DNA of 64,000 nucleotides from Patescibacteria group bacterium UBA1388 (GCA_002305355.1 DBQS01000023.1:4189-68188); one strand, 5' to 3'. Shown: positions 9,538-19,241, numbered from the stretch's first letter. Numbers and translations are program-made. Notes: generated by a model from the letters alone, not told the origin.

Positions 9538-11643
9538 TCACCAAGGAAATTTCAGGATTGAGAGTAAGTTGCTAAAATCATCAGTCCACCTGACTGTTTT
9601 TGAATAATCGAGTGGTGTGGTGTTAGACAGAGTTCCTTCAAGTTGATCTGCCAGCTTGCTGACTAAAATCCAGTCGCTGGTTGAACCAATTTGTGAATCA
9701 GTATCATCTACTAAGACTCTATAAGCGAAGATACTTTCTTCCTTAACATGGTTGGCAATCACCTTCTCCAAATCTAAATATCGATTAGAAATATGAAAAG
9801 CGATGATGCCGTGATAATTCAACTTCTGCAGGTATAGTTGAGTTGCTTCAAGGGTAAGTAGATGTGTGGGAATGGAGTCATCAGTGAAAGCATCGACCAC
9901 GATAATATCAAATTTTTCTTCACTAGCTGACTGTTCTAGTAACTGGCGAGCGTCTCCTAAATGAAGTTTGACGTTAGGACAGTGCTTTAAAAAAGTAAAG
10001 TAGTTGTTGGCGACTTCAATTACCATCGGATTGATTTCATAGAAATCAAATTGATCCTCTGATCGACAATAACTGGCAAGCACACCACTGCCTAATCCAA
10101 TTACTGCCACTTTTAAAGAGGGCTGGATGGATTGTAGGTGCTGAATCGTTTGGCCTACACCAGATTCATGCGAATAATAATTAAGTGGCAATAGGCTATC
10201 TGCTGGCTTTTTTAGTTGGGCGCCGTGAAGAATGGAACCATTGAATAACGCAACTTTCTGATCGTTTTCCATTACTCTTAAGCCACCATAAAAATTTCTG
10301 TCCTGGTAAACTAACTGATTGTTGATACTTGTCGTCAGCTTGATGACGCCCGCGCAACATAAAATTACTATGGAAAATATGGTCATTATTTTCGCGGACA
10401 ATAAATATTTTTTACCAAAAATCTGCAAGTAGACCGTACTTGACTTTGAAAAAATGACGAGACTGATGGTGGTGATCATAATCAATAAACCAGGTAGTTC
10501 CCAGTAGCCAGCAAATAGTACTGGAAAAATAAAATTGACCAAGAATCCGCCCACCACTCCTCCCACTGCGATCGCCAAATAAAAATAACTTAAGGCGCCA
10601 GTATGAGGTCTAGATTGATAAAGTTGGGTGTGGAAAAGTAAACCAGTCAGAAATACGGTCAGACTAAAGATGATTACTTGGGTGGTGTAAGTGATTACAT
10701 CCGTGGCGCCAATGGTGAGGGATGTGATACACCAAAGTGAAGTGGCAAGTGAAGCCAAAGAGGCAACTGCTCCAAATTTGAGTAATCCAAAACCCACAAT
10801 AAAGGATACTAAATAAAGTGCCAAAGGAAGAATCCACAGATAAGGAAAGGGGGCGATACCTTTTGTGATGTGTTCAGTCACGACCAACATGTAGGTGACT
10901 GGTAGGCTAGCCATCAAGACCCAGAGCAACCAACTTCTTAAGCTAGGTGGAGTGATTTTTTGAGTTTTTTTGTTCAAATTGATCAACTTTTTTGCAATTA
11001 GTAAGTATCCGAACGCGATCATCACTGCAAGCATCAGTAAGACCGCTGCGTAATGCCAGATGACTAACTGGGTTTTAATTGGCAACAGCGGTTCCACAAC
11101 GAGTGGATACAAGAGTAATCCCGCAAATGAACCGGCATTAGAAAGTCGATACAAAGTGTAGGGATTTTTTGAGCCTAAGTTAATAGCAATAATTTGGGTG
11201 ACGGTACTGACTGTACCCAAGAACATAAAACTTAACCCAATTGAGCCCATGCCTAGCAGAAAGATGTGGGTAATAGCGGAGGTCTTAGGAGCAAGGGATG
11301 AGCCAAGCAGGTTTATTAGTTGGGGTGCATTAAGCTGGGATGAAAACAATGGCAGGACAACCATCGCCAACACGACTAAACAAAATAAGAAATGTAGCCA
11401 TAGCTGACGGGTTGGATTGAGCTGCTGTAAAAATAATGCATAGCTGTAACCTATCAGTAGCAATATTTGGAAGAATACCGAGGAAGTGGTCCAAACAGCT
11501 GCCGAACCTCCAAACGTTGGCAACAAGGCCTTGGCGAAAAGTGGTTCCATTAAAAAAATCAGCATGGCTGCGACAAACACGATTAGCGCCGCAATGGACT
11601 GGAAATTGACAAAGTGGAAAAGTTTGCGGATCTTCACTAGCAC
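9538..11643 (-). CDS. Fusion protein: polytopic membrane domain (~420 aa, more than 10 TM helices) plus a C-terminal spermidine-synthase-like (PABS) domain
   Basis: 701 aa. The C-terminal region VIGLGSGVLASY...YEINPMVIEVANNYF...IIVVDAFTDDSIPTHLLTLEATQ matches the spermidine/spermine synthase SAM-binding fold. The N-terminal two-thirds is highly hydrophobic. Confidence 0.65.
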   Translation of the reverse strand: MLVKIRKLFHFVNFQSIAALIVFVAAMLIFLMEPLFAKALLPTFGGSAAVWTTSSVFFQILLLIGYSYALFLQQLNPTRQLWLHFLFCLVVLAMVVLPLFSSQLNAPQLINLLGSSLAPKTSAITHIFLLGMGSIGLSFMFLGTVSTVTQIIAINLGSKNPYTLYRLSNAGSFAGLLLYPLVVEPLLPIKTQLVIWHYAAVLLMLAVMIAFGYLLIAKKLINLNKKTQKITPPSLRSWLLWVLMASLPVTYMLVVTEHITKGIAPFPYLWILPLALYLVSFIVGFGLLKFGAVASLASLATSLWCITSLTIGATDVITYTTQVIIFSLTVFLTGLLFHTQLYQSRPHTGALSYFYLAIAVGGVVGGFLVNFIFPVLFAGYWELPGLLIMITTISLVIFSKSSTVYLQIFGKKYLLSAKIMTIFSIVILCCAGVIKLTTSINNQLVYQDRNFYGGLRVMENDQKVALFNGSILHGAQLKKPADSLLPLNYYSHESGVGQTIQHLQSIQPSLKVAVIGLGSGVLASYCRSEDQFDFYEINPMVIEVANNYFTFLKHCPNVKLHLGDARQLLEQSASEEKFDIIVVDAFTDDSIPTHLLTLEATQLYLQKLNYHGIIAFHISNRYLDLEKVIANHVKEESIFAYRVLVDDTDSQIGSTSDWILVSKLADQLEGTLSNTTPLDYSKTVRWTDDFSNLLSILKFPW

Positions 11644-11700
11644 ATTATATGAGCTTGCTATAATATTGACTAGAGAGAGTATAGTGTATCAGCCTATCAT

Positions 11701-11776
11701 GCCGAGATAGCTCAGTTGGTAGAGCGGCGGTATCGTAAACCGTAGGTCAGGGGTTCAAGTCCCCTTCTCGGCTCCA
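11701..11776 (+). tRNA. tRNA-Thr (anticodon CGT), CCA encoded
   Basis: Cloverleaf: acceptor GCCGAGA/TCTCGGC, D arm GCTC-AGTTGGTA-GAGC, anticodon stem GCGGT/ACCGT with loop ATCGTAA (CGT), T arm AGGGG-TTCAAGT-CCCCT, discriminator T, then CCA. Confidence 0.8.
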
Positions 11777-11935
11777 TAAATCATGGATCATCACAGGTAC
11801 AAATCGTGGTTGGTGGAGGAAATGTTAAGAGGTTTTAACTAAAATTTACGTTAGGATTGAAAATATTCCCCTTCAATGAGGGCAATTGACACTGACATTT
11901 AACTAGTTTCAAATAAATTTGATATACTTGTCAAT

Positions 11936-12649
11936 ATGGCAGCCCATTCTAGAGTCTCTTCTCGACTAATTAAAAAAGAGCGTCAAAAACTCACCAAACA
12001 AATTATTTGGTTTTCGGCATTGTCCGTCCTGTTAATATTATTTTTCCTGTTTGTAGTCATGCCAATTTTTGTAAGAGTGGTGAATGGTATTATCAATACT
12101 AATCCCATAAACAACGACAATGAAGAGGTCTTTATTCAAGCTCCTGCCTTGGATGCTCCACCGGCATATGTCGCAAATAGCAGCTTGCAAGTGACGGGTT
12201 ATGGTGAGGAGCAAGCTGAGATTGTATTCATTATCAATGGCAGTGAGGATGTGACGGTTTTGGCTGCTGATGATGGTCGGTTTGAAGCTATGCTTGAACT
12301 TACTGAGGGAGAAAATGTGATTTCAGCATATTCTCAAATTAATTCAGATCAAGTTTCACCTGCGAGCAAGCAGTATCTAGTCGTATTGGATACAGAACCA
12401 CCAGTTATTGAATTGATTTCTCCAGAAGATGGCAAAACTTATAATATCAAAGATCAAACCCTTAATATTGAAGGTAGTACAGATCCGGAGGCAAAGGTGT
12501 ATCTCAATGAACGGCTGATTTTTCCTTCAAGTGATGGCAAGTTTGTGAGTAAATTTCAGCTGCAAGAGGGCGACCAGACAATCACCATCAAAGCAGTTGA
12601 TCAGGCGGGCAACCAGTCAGAGGTTGTGCGGCATATTAAAGCCGAATAG
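11936..12649 (+). CDS. Membrane-anchored protein with two Ig-like (bacterial Ig / Big-type) beta-sandwich repeats
   Basis: 237 aa. N-terminal TM helix (IIWFSALSVLLILFFLFVVMPIFV) followed by two ~70-aa repeats with a VTGYGEEQAEIVFIINGSEDVTV / NIEGSTDPEAKVYLNERLI...TITIKAVDQAGNQS pattern. Confidence 0.45.
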   Translation: MAAHSRVSSRLIKKERQKLTKQIIWFSALSVLLILFFLFVVMPIFVRVVNGIINTNPINNDNEEVFIQAPALDAPPAYVANSSLQVTGYGEEQAEIVFIINGSEDVTVLAADDGRFEAMLELTEGENVISAYSQINSDQVSPASKQYLVVLDTEPPVIELISPEDGKTYNIKDQTLNIEGSTDPEAKVYLNERLIFPSSDGKFVSKFQLQEGDQTITIKAVDQAGNQSEVVRHIKAE

Positions 12650-13895
12650 ATTCAGTTTTTATTTTGGGCAGACTTGAAAATCCCATTCCTAAAAACAAAA
12701 AAATAAATGGTTCCAGAAGAGTATTATTGAACTGTGAATGAATGAGGGTAGCCAATAGTGCACCAAACATCAGCCAGTCATGCCTGACTAACCAGATTCC
12801 ATATTTCATAAGCAAGGACATAAAGAGCAACAGCCCCACCATGCCCGTGCTGGTAAACACGAAGATAAAAAGGTTGTCTGGTACTCTGGCGTGTGTGGGA
12901 TGAAGCGGATCAGTTTCCAGCTGTAAAAGATCTGCGCTATAAAAGCCCTTACCCACCCAAAAAGATCTAGGGGTATGATTTTCAAGCGCAAGTTGCGAAG
13001 TTTTTACGCGAGCTTGGATGGAAGCGGTTCTTGATAAATTCACTCCTTCTCCGCCTGGTTTGGGAGCGAGCAAGTATGTTAATAGCATGACTAGTAAAGC
13101 TGCCAGTCCCCAACCACTTCGCTGAAACAGATCATGTAGTGTACGATGCTTGATAGAGCTGAAATTTTTGGTTTTAGGTGAGCAAATGAAGAGTCCTATC
13201 AACACAAAAAAAGCCAGGTAACTGGCGCGCGAATAAGTGACGGTCAGCGCACTAATAAGAAGGAGGTTGGTGATCACAAAGTGGGGGAATGACATTAGTT
13301 TTTTTAGGGAATATAAGTATGTCAAGACTAAGACAATGATCATACCTGCAAAATTAGGATCAAGAAAGGTGCCGATTAATCGATAATAATGATCATCCCA
13401 ACCAAATTGAAATAGAAAAGTGGTATCTGGCAAAAATAGATATTGGAGAATGCCATACCAAACATACAGCAAGCCAAGTAAGACAGTGATAACTCTGAGG
13501 ACGACAAGTTTGTTTTGAAAAGCTATTCGCAGACTTACCAAAAACAGAGTATAAAAAACAAGTCGGAGTAAGTAAAGCCATGGAGCAATCTCAGGTGTAG
13601 CAAAAATCATGCCAAATATTAGCCATCCACCAAAAGCTAGTTCTCTCCACCATATTCTCAAATGGGCAAGATAATTAGCTGCTTTTACATATGATAAAAG
13701 CTGTAGGGAATTCAATGCTAGCCACCCTGCAATGAGAAGGTCGTGTAAATAAAATGATATGTCATGAAAAATATTGAACCTTTGTAATTGGCCAAGACTT
13801 AACACTATCAACAAAGTAAGTAAATACCACCACTTTATTAGTGATAACCCTACTTTAGACGGAACTTGATTCAACTTGATTTGCCATATTTTCAT
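12636..13895 (-). CDS. Polytopic membrane protein, O-antigen ligase / Wzy_C-like (glycan polymerase, ligase or O-oligosaccharyltransferase family)
   Basis: 419 aa with about 10-12 TM helices and a large periplasmic loop, typical of the WaaL/Wzy_C superfamily. The assignment rests on overall architecture. Confidence 0.45.
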   Translation of the reverse strand: MKIWQIKLNQVPSKVGLSLIKWWYLLTLLIVLSLGQLQRFNIFHDISFYLHDLLIAGWLALNSLQLLSYVKAANYLAHLRIWWRELAFGGWLIFGMIFATPEIAPWLYLLRLVFYTLFLVSLRIAFQNKLVVLRVITVLLGLLYVWYGILQYLFLPDTTFLFQFGWDDHYYRLIGTFLDPNFAGMIIVLVLTYLYSLKKLMSFPHFVITNLLLISALTVTYSRASYLAFFVLIGLFICSPKTKNFSSIKHRTLHDLFQRSGWGLAALLVMLLTYLLAPKPGGEGVNLSRTASIQARVKTSQLALENHTPRSFWVGKGFYSADLLQLETDPLHPTHARVPDNLFIFVFTSTGMVGLLLFMSLLMKYGIWLVRHDWLMFGALLATLIHSQFNNTLLEPFIFLFLGMGFSSLPKIKTESIRL

Positions 13896-14628
13896 AGCGA
13901 AAAATTCTGACTAACAAAGAATGCAAGGCCATACAACCAGCATAGATTAACCCACGCCAGCCATCAGCAATGCCGCCTTGAATTAAAAGACCAAACAATA
14001 ATTTTCCAGGTGGAAAAAATATCAATTCGAGTAAAATTCTACCTAAAGAAGTTGAAGGCGAATTATTGGCAACAAGTTGAGCATAATGAGTGACATCGTT
14101 CACAAATTCAGAAATGTTGGGGTGAGCAAAATGCAGGATTTCTAAATGAAGGTGTTTAATTTCACCCTTTACTTGAGCAATTTCATGTACTTCTCCGACA
14201 AACTTTGCTTTCCCCTTTTTTACAAATCGAATAATTGGTTGGTGACCGGCTTCACCGTAGTTGAGCTTTTTCCCGTAAAAGACATCACTTCGAAAGCATA
14301 AAGCTCCACTAAAATTGTTATTTACCATCAACTCTGCTATTTGAGGTAGCTGATCGACCGGAAACTTTTCGTCACTATCCAGGAAAAATACCCAATTATG
14401 TTTCGCCTCTGCCATTGCTTGGTTACGGACAGCTGCAAAATCTGTAATCGGGTTGCTAATGGCTTTATACGTGACGTTTTCATTTTTTGTGAGCTGATTT
14501 GGATCTAAGAAAGCACGATTGTCTATTACCATGATTTCATCTGCCCAGTTCACACTCTGCAACGCTTGTTGAAAAAGTTGACCAGCTCGGTGAGTAATGA
14601 TAATTGCCGTGATAGGTAAATTTTTCAT
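13855..14628 (-). CDS. Family-2 glycosyltransferase (GT-A fold)
   Basis: ITAIIITHRAGQLFQQALQSVNWADEIMVIDNRA ... FLDSDEKF (DxD-like motif). The start at 14628 forms an ATGA overlap with the stop of the upstream flippase gene; the longer ORF-track start is probably spurious. Confidence 0.7.
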   Translation of the reverse strand: MKNLPITAIIITHRAGQLFQQALQSVNWADEIMVIDNRAFLDPNQLTKNENVTYKAISNPITDFAAVRNQAMAEAKHNWVFFLDSDEKFPVDQLPQIAELMVNNNFSGALCFRSDVFYGKKLNYGEAGHQPIIRFVKKGKAKFVGEVHEIAQVKGEIKHLHLEILHFAHPNISEFVNDVTHYAQLVANNSPSTSLGRILLELIFFPPGKLLFGLLIQGGIADGWRGLIYAGCMALHSLLVRIFRYENMANQVESSSV

Positions 14629-15842
14629 TTTAGTATTTTTATTATAGCGAATAGTAAAAGGGGAAGTGGTAGTAGACGAGCGATAACCCAGGCAATACCT
14701 GCGCCTGTGAGTCCATAATGCTGGCTTAGAGAAATTAGGAGGGGAGCTAAAATAATTAAGGTCAAAGCCCGGTGCCAATTCATCAGCCGGTAGCTTTTTT
14801 GACTGATTAATAGGTTATATGCCAGTTTAATGATGGTTTGGGAAATACCAGCCAGCCCCAACCAGGGTAAGACAGGAGATAAACTCATCCACTTATTACC
14901 TAGCACAAACATGATGATTGGTTCAGGAAAAAAGATGAGTGGTACTGCAGCCAAGGAGCTTAAAAGCATGAGGTTTCCTGAGGATTTGATAAACGCTCTT
15001 CTCAGCCGAGTGCGGTCAGCCCCAATTTTGGTAAATACGGGCAGTGTGCTGTGATTGAGGGCTTGTGCCAATCCCACAGTGGGACGATGACTGAGTGAAT
15101 AACCGGCATGATAAGTGCCTAAATGACTGGTGCCAAGCGTGCGACCAAGAATAATTTCATCAACATTTTCTGTGAAATAATCTAAAGCGCTGGTAAGACT
15201 GAGCCCACGCGCGTTGAGCAAGATTTCTTGAGCTTTATTTTTTGAGAGCATAAAAGCAGGTTTAAGTTTGAGTAATCCAAAAGAAATGGTGACCTCAAAA
15301 ACAGCTGCTACCAGTACAGAAAATATTAACACTTCAACACGCGGCCAAATTAGAGCCAAGAGTATGGCCGACAGTGTTTCGACAGCCACCAAACTCAGTC
15401 GATAAGAAGTATCAATTTCAAACTGCAGGTTTTTTTGCCAGGATGTAATTGCTGGATTAATAAATCCCTTAATGATTGGTACTATTCCGGCGATGGCAAC
15501 TAAGTAAATGAGTGTTGGTTCGTGGTAGATTGTGGCCATAATCACCCCCATCAGACCCATGATGATGGCAATCACAAAACCCCTGATGATGGCAATGACC
15601 CAAGCCGTATTGAGGTAATAGGTTATCGGTTTTGATGACTGAATGATCGTGATGTTGATACCGGTTTGGGTAATCGCCTCAGTCAGACCTAAAGCGATGC
15701 TTATCAGGGCAAACAATCCAAAATCTTGTTGAGTGAGGAGTCTTGCGAGCACTATTAGTTTTCCAGCGGTAATGCCGGTTGACAACAGAGTTGCCGCTGA
15801 CTGCCAACTAAATCCCCGTACTGCGTCTTTAGTATATCCCAT
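14625..15842 (-). CDS. wzx: Polysaccharide biosynthesis protein / oligosaccharide flippase (Wzx, MOP superfamily)
   Basis: 405 aa with about 12 TM helices. The N-terminus WQSAATLLSTGITAGKLIVLARLLTQQDFGLFALISIALGLTEAITQTGI resembles the Polysacc_synt/Wzx family. Confidence 0.65.
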   Translation of the reverse strand: MGYTKDAVRGFSWQSAATLLSTGITAGKLIVLARLLTQQDFGLFALISIALGLTEAITQTGINITIIQSSKPITYYLNTAWVIAIIRGFVIAIIMGLMGVIMATIYHEPTLIYLVAIAGIVPIIKGFINPAITSWQKNLQFEIDTSYRLSLVAVETLSAILLALIWPRVEVLIFSVLVAAVFEVTISFGLLKLKPAFMLSKNKAQEILLNARGLSLTSALDYFTENVDEIILGRTLGTSHLGTYHAGYSLSHRPTVGLAQALNHSTLPVFTKIGADRTRLRRAFIKSSGNLMLLSSLAAVPLIFFPEPIIMFVLGNKWMSLSPVLPWLGLAGISQTIIKLAYNLLISQKSYRLMNWHRALTLIILAPLLISLSQHYGLTGAGIAWVIARLLPLPLLLFAIIKILK

Positions 15843-15902
15843 GCTAGTATTATCTCGTTTTAGTGGTTGAAACTCCAGTAGTGAACGAGGATAATTCCTT
15901 TT

Positions 15903-16532
15903 ATGGCAAAATTTGTAATGTCTGTGAGTGGATTGTTTCTTGATCTAATCGAGACTGTGGTCATTGGACTATCTTTATTTTTAGTGGTTTATTTGTTTTT
16001 TATGCAACCTCACCAGGTGAGTGGTGAGTCGATGGAGCCCAACTTTTTGTCCCGCGACTATGTTTTAACTGACAAAATCAGTTATCGATTGGGAGAGCCT
16101 CAGCGCGGAGACGTGATTGTTTTTCATGCTCCTCCACGGGCACAATGTCCAGAGGGAACCGGCTGCGATTACATCAAAAGAATTATTGCATTGCCTGAAG
16201 AAACAGTGGAAGTTAAAAATGGTAATTATTATATAAATGGACAGTTGTTAGTAGAATCTTATATACCTGATTCTAAAGAAACATTGCCAAATGCTTTTGT
16301 AAATGGCAGGGTGATAACCCTTGGTCCTGATGAGTATTTTGTATCAGGAGACAATCGGCCAAACTCAAGCGACTCTAGGGCATGGGGGCCGATTACTAGT
16401 AAGGAAATAGTAGGCAGAGCCTTTTTTAGATATTGGCCACTAGATAGCATTGCGGTGATTAGATCAGCTGAATACCCACCAGAATTTGCTTCCTCAGACA
16501 ACCTTCAACTTGAGTCGGCATTGGTTAATTAG
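15903..16532 (+). CDS. lepB: Signal peptidase I (S26 family)
   Basis: 209 aa. N-terminal TM, catalytic Ser box GESMEPNF, Lys box YIKRIIALPEE, and a C-terminal GDNRPNSSDSRAWGPI box. Confidence 0.85.
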   Translation: MAKFVMSVSGLFLDLIETVVIGLSLFLVVYLFFMQPHQVSGESMEPNFLSRDYVLTDKISYRLGEPQRGDVIVFHAPPRAQCPEGTGCDYIKRIIALPEETVEVKNGNYYINGQLLVESYIPDSKETLPNAFVNGRVITLGPDEYFVSGDNRPNSSDSRAWGPITSKEIVGRAFFRYWPLDSIAVIRSAEYPPEFASSDNLQLESALVN

Positions 16533-17383
16533 TTTTGATATTTTTCCGTTAAAGACATGATTTTTTCGAGGTCTTTTTGAGTTTGATTGGGGTCACCTTT
16601 TAAGGTAATAGTGATTCTGGTTGAAGTAGTTGACCTGGTGAGTTTCACGCTTGATTTAGCGGCTAAAAGTTTTTGCAACGATTTTTCCCAAGCTTCTACT
16701 TTAGGATCAGTGACGTGGGTGGTGCCAGGCATCATTCGTTCCACAGGGGATCTAGAATGAGCTTGACGGTAACCTCTTGCTAATTCCTCTGCCCTCCTCA
16801 CTGATGCATTCTCAACAAGAATCTTTTTGTAGATATCGATCATGGCAGATTGATTTTCAATACCAGCAATCGCTCTCGCATGGCCTTCTGTAATCTGGCG
16901 ACCGCTCAAACCATCTTTGATCGCGTCAGGTAATTCGAGCAAACGCAAGGTGTTGCTAATGTAAGAGGTCGATTTGCTAATTCTTTCTGAAATTGATGCG
17001 GGTGTGAACCCAAAATCTCTAATCAGTTGTTGAAATGCCTGAGCTCTCTCCAAAGGACCGAGGTCGGTACGTTGCACATTTTCAATAATAGCCATTTCCA
17101 GCATTTCACGAGGACTGGTTTTTTTGAGAATAGCAGGTACTTCTTGCAGGCCTGCGGTAACTGCTGCCCGCCATCTTCTTTCTCCAGCAATGATTTGATA
17201 TCCGGCAGGAGTTTCTGCCACAATAAGGGGTTCTAAGACCCCATATTGTTTAATTGATTCTGCCAGTTCTGCTACGTCTTCAGGTTTAATTCTATTTCTG
17301 GGTTGAAAAGGGTTGGGTTGTAAGACGTTAACTTCTAAATGGATAATAGAGGATTTGTCTGTCATATCTAACAGATATACCAC
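16529..17383 (-). CDS. parB: ParB/Spo0J-family DNA-binding protein (partition or nucleoid-occlusion type); no parA is adjacent
   Basis: 284 aa. ParB-box KPEDVAELAESIKQYGVLEPLIV...GYQIIAGERRWRAAVTAGLQEVPAI, plus HTH and C-terminal dimerisation regions. Confidence 0.8.
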   Translation of the reverse strand: MVYLLDMTDKSSIIHLEVNVLQPNPFQPRNRIKPEDVAELAESIKQYGVLEPLIVAETPAGYQIIAGERRWRAAVTAGLQEVPAILKKTSPREMLEMAIIENVQRTDLGPLERAQAFQQLIRDFGFTPASISERISKSTSYISNTLRLLELPDAIKDGLSGRQITEGHARAIAGIENQSAMIDIYKKILVENASVRRAEELARGYRQAHSRSPVERMMPGTTHVTDPKVEAWEKSLQKLLAAKSSVKLTRSTTSTRITITLKGDPNQTQKDLEKIMSLTEKYQN

Positions 17384-17433
17384 AGGTCAAGTTGACTGCC
17401 AATTACCAAAGTGAAAACTGTGAAATGAGAAAA

Positions 17434-17688
17434 CTAAGAAAGGACCGATACGACTGTGCGCCCCATTTTTTTCGAGAATGCGACTGATCCAGCCACGAGT
17501 GCAAAAATAGTGTGATCTTTTCCCATACCTACGTTTTGACCAGCTTTATATTTAGCTCCTCGCTGACGGAGGATAATGTTGCCAGGCTTGACTACTTGTC
17601 CACCTGACTTTTTTAATCCAAGTCTTTTACCATGACGCTTGCCTTGGGCATGTTGGGCTACTGCTCCAGACGCTTTAACTTTTGACAT
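17434..17688 (-). CDS. rpmA: 50S ribosomal protein L27
   Basis: 84 aa. [52 protein letters not shown] matches the L27 consensus. Confidence 0.85.
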   Translation of the reverse strand: MSKVKASGAVAQHAQGKRHGKRLGLKKSGGQVVKPGNIILRQRGAKYKAGQNVGMGKDHTIFALVAGSVAFSKKMGRTVVSVLS

Positions 17689-17697
17689 AACTAAACC

Positions 17698-18861
17698 TCA
17701 TTTTTCGCTAATATTTAAGAAATGATACTCAAAGATATAAATCTCGCGAGCAATCACTGCCCCTGGACGATGATAAAGTATCGGCTCAGACTGAGTAATA
17801 TATCCTAATTTACTCAAGTTGTCAATCAATTTGTGAAGTGTGTAATCTTTTTTTAACCCTGAAGAACTTGCCAGGGCGCGAGGAAATACCATTACTACTT
17901 TAGCATGATTAGGTAAAAATTTTCTCCAATTTTTAAAACAACCCAAGTACAATTTACTTAAACCCTTAAAAATATTTGGGATTTGGTCAGCTTTGGGTTT
18001 GGGTCTTCCCAAAAAAGGTTCGGTGACAATGAAGGCTGGTTGTTGAGAAGGTTGAAACTGAGTAGCATCGGCATTAGTGATCATAAAATTAAGTGGCAAA
18101 TTCATCTCTGTAGCCAACCAATTTAAGTTAGTTGTTGTTCCATCAACAGCTGCTTGATCATTATCTGCCCCAATCACAGTTAAAGATTTTTCAAGTGCTT
18201 CCATCAGAATAGTGCCAGTGCCACAAAACGGGTCACACAAGACCTGCCCTGCAGAGTCAGCGTTGCCAACTGCCAAATTAACCATGATACGTGCCACTTT
18301 AGGAGGAAGCAGGCCTTTTTTGCGATTTGCATAAGGCTTGCCACGATCTTTTTTTGACCAGTGGTCAATATTTTGAACTGCCACGGTTTGGGCAAGGTAG
18401 CAACCATCTTGGGTTTGAATCAGCACCAACTCAATCACTTCTTTGTGCAATAACACGGCTGCCGATAAGCCATGGCGCGATCCAGCAACATATCTGACTT
18501 TTTTACCGGCCAGTTCCAGATCTTTTTTTAGACTTGATACTTCCATTTTTGGCAAATGATCCCTGCCAATTTCTGCTAAACCAATGGTAATTTTTGGTGC
18601 TTCAAGATTGGAAAGATACTTGGTCAGTTGATCACGGAGTTGGTCTTCATTAGTAATATCCAATTTTTGAAGGTGCTTGAAAATTTTGATAGTGCCACCT
18701 AATTGATCAATTATTGTTTGAGGAGAAAAATCTTGATGAAAGTGACCAGTCAAAATTCCAGGTGCAACCAGTTGCCACCCAATTTCAGGATAAACTGATG
18801 CTAATTCTGAGCGTGACAACTCAAAATTTGAGCCAAGCTGAAAATAATATCGAGAAGACAT
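17698..18861 (-). CDS. THUMP-domain SAM-dependent RNA methyltransferase (N2-guanine/N6-adenine methylase fold; Trm11/RlmL/TrmN-like)
   Basis: 387 aa. Motif I LCDPFCGTGTILMEALE and motif IV-like IVTEPFLG, preceded by an N-terminal region of THUMP size. Located between rplU and rpmA. Confidence 0.6.
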   Translation of the reverse strand: MSSRYYFQLGSNFELSRSELASVYPEIGWQLVAPGILTGHFHQDFSPQTIIDQLGGTIKIFKHLQKLDITNEDQLRDQLTKYLSNLEAPKITIGLAEIGRDHLPKMEVSSLKKDLELAGKKVRYVAGSRHGLSAAVLLHKEVIELVLIQTQDGCYLAQTVAVQNIDHWSKKDRGKPYANRKKGLLPPKVARIMVNLAVGNADSAGQVLCDPFCGTGTILMEALEKSLTVIGADNDQAAVDGTTTNLNWLATEMNLPLNFMITNADATQFQPSQQPAFIVTEPFLGRPKPKADQIPNIFKGLSKLYLGCFKNWRKFLPNHAKVVMVFPRALASSSGLKKDYTLHKLIDNLSKLGYITQSEPILYHRPGAVIAREIYIFEYHFLNISEK

Positions 18862-18907
18862 GGTGTCAATTTATTTTTTATAAAAAAGCAAACTGCTTTA
18901 TTGTAGA

Positions 18908-19222
18908 TTAAGACTGAATGCTTTTCACTGTTAGCACAGTTTGAGATTGGCGGTGGCCATAAGTACGACGATAGCGTGACTTGGATTTGTATTTAGCAAC
19001 TCTGATCTTTTTTGATTTTTGGTGATGACTAACCTCACAGGTAACGCTTGCGCCCTTGACAAGCGGTGTGCCAACTTTTATCTTCTCTCCATCTGCGACC
19101 AACAACACATCACTTATTTGAAGTGACTTTTCAGGTTGATTGGGCATCCGATCAACAATTAGTTCTTGACCTTCTGAAACCTTAAATTGTTTGCCAGCTA
19201 ATTGGATGATTGCGTAGTTCAT
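18908..19222 (-). CDS. rplU: 50S ribosomal protein L21
   Basis: 104 aa. MNYAIIQLAGKQFKVSEGQELIV... is the L21 N-terminal signature. Confidence 0.85.
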   Translation of the reverse strand: MNYAIIQLAGKQFKVSEGQELIVDRMPNQPEKSLQISDVLLVADGEKIKVGTPLVKGASVTCEVSHHQKSKKIRVAKYKSKSRYRRTYGHRQSQTVLTVKSIQS

Positions 19223-19241
19223 ATTTTCCTCTTAGAAAACC

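Noticed and set aside
11644-11700. Promoter for tRNA-Thr (TTGACT at 11666-11671, or TTGCTA/TATAAT combinations)
   Set aside because: No pairing of -35 and -10 hexamers with 16-18-nt spacing could be found. Spacings are 8, 19 or 23 nt, so no confident call was made.
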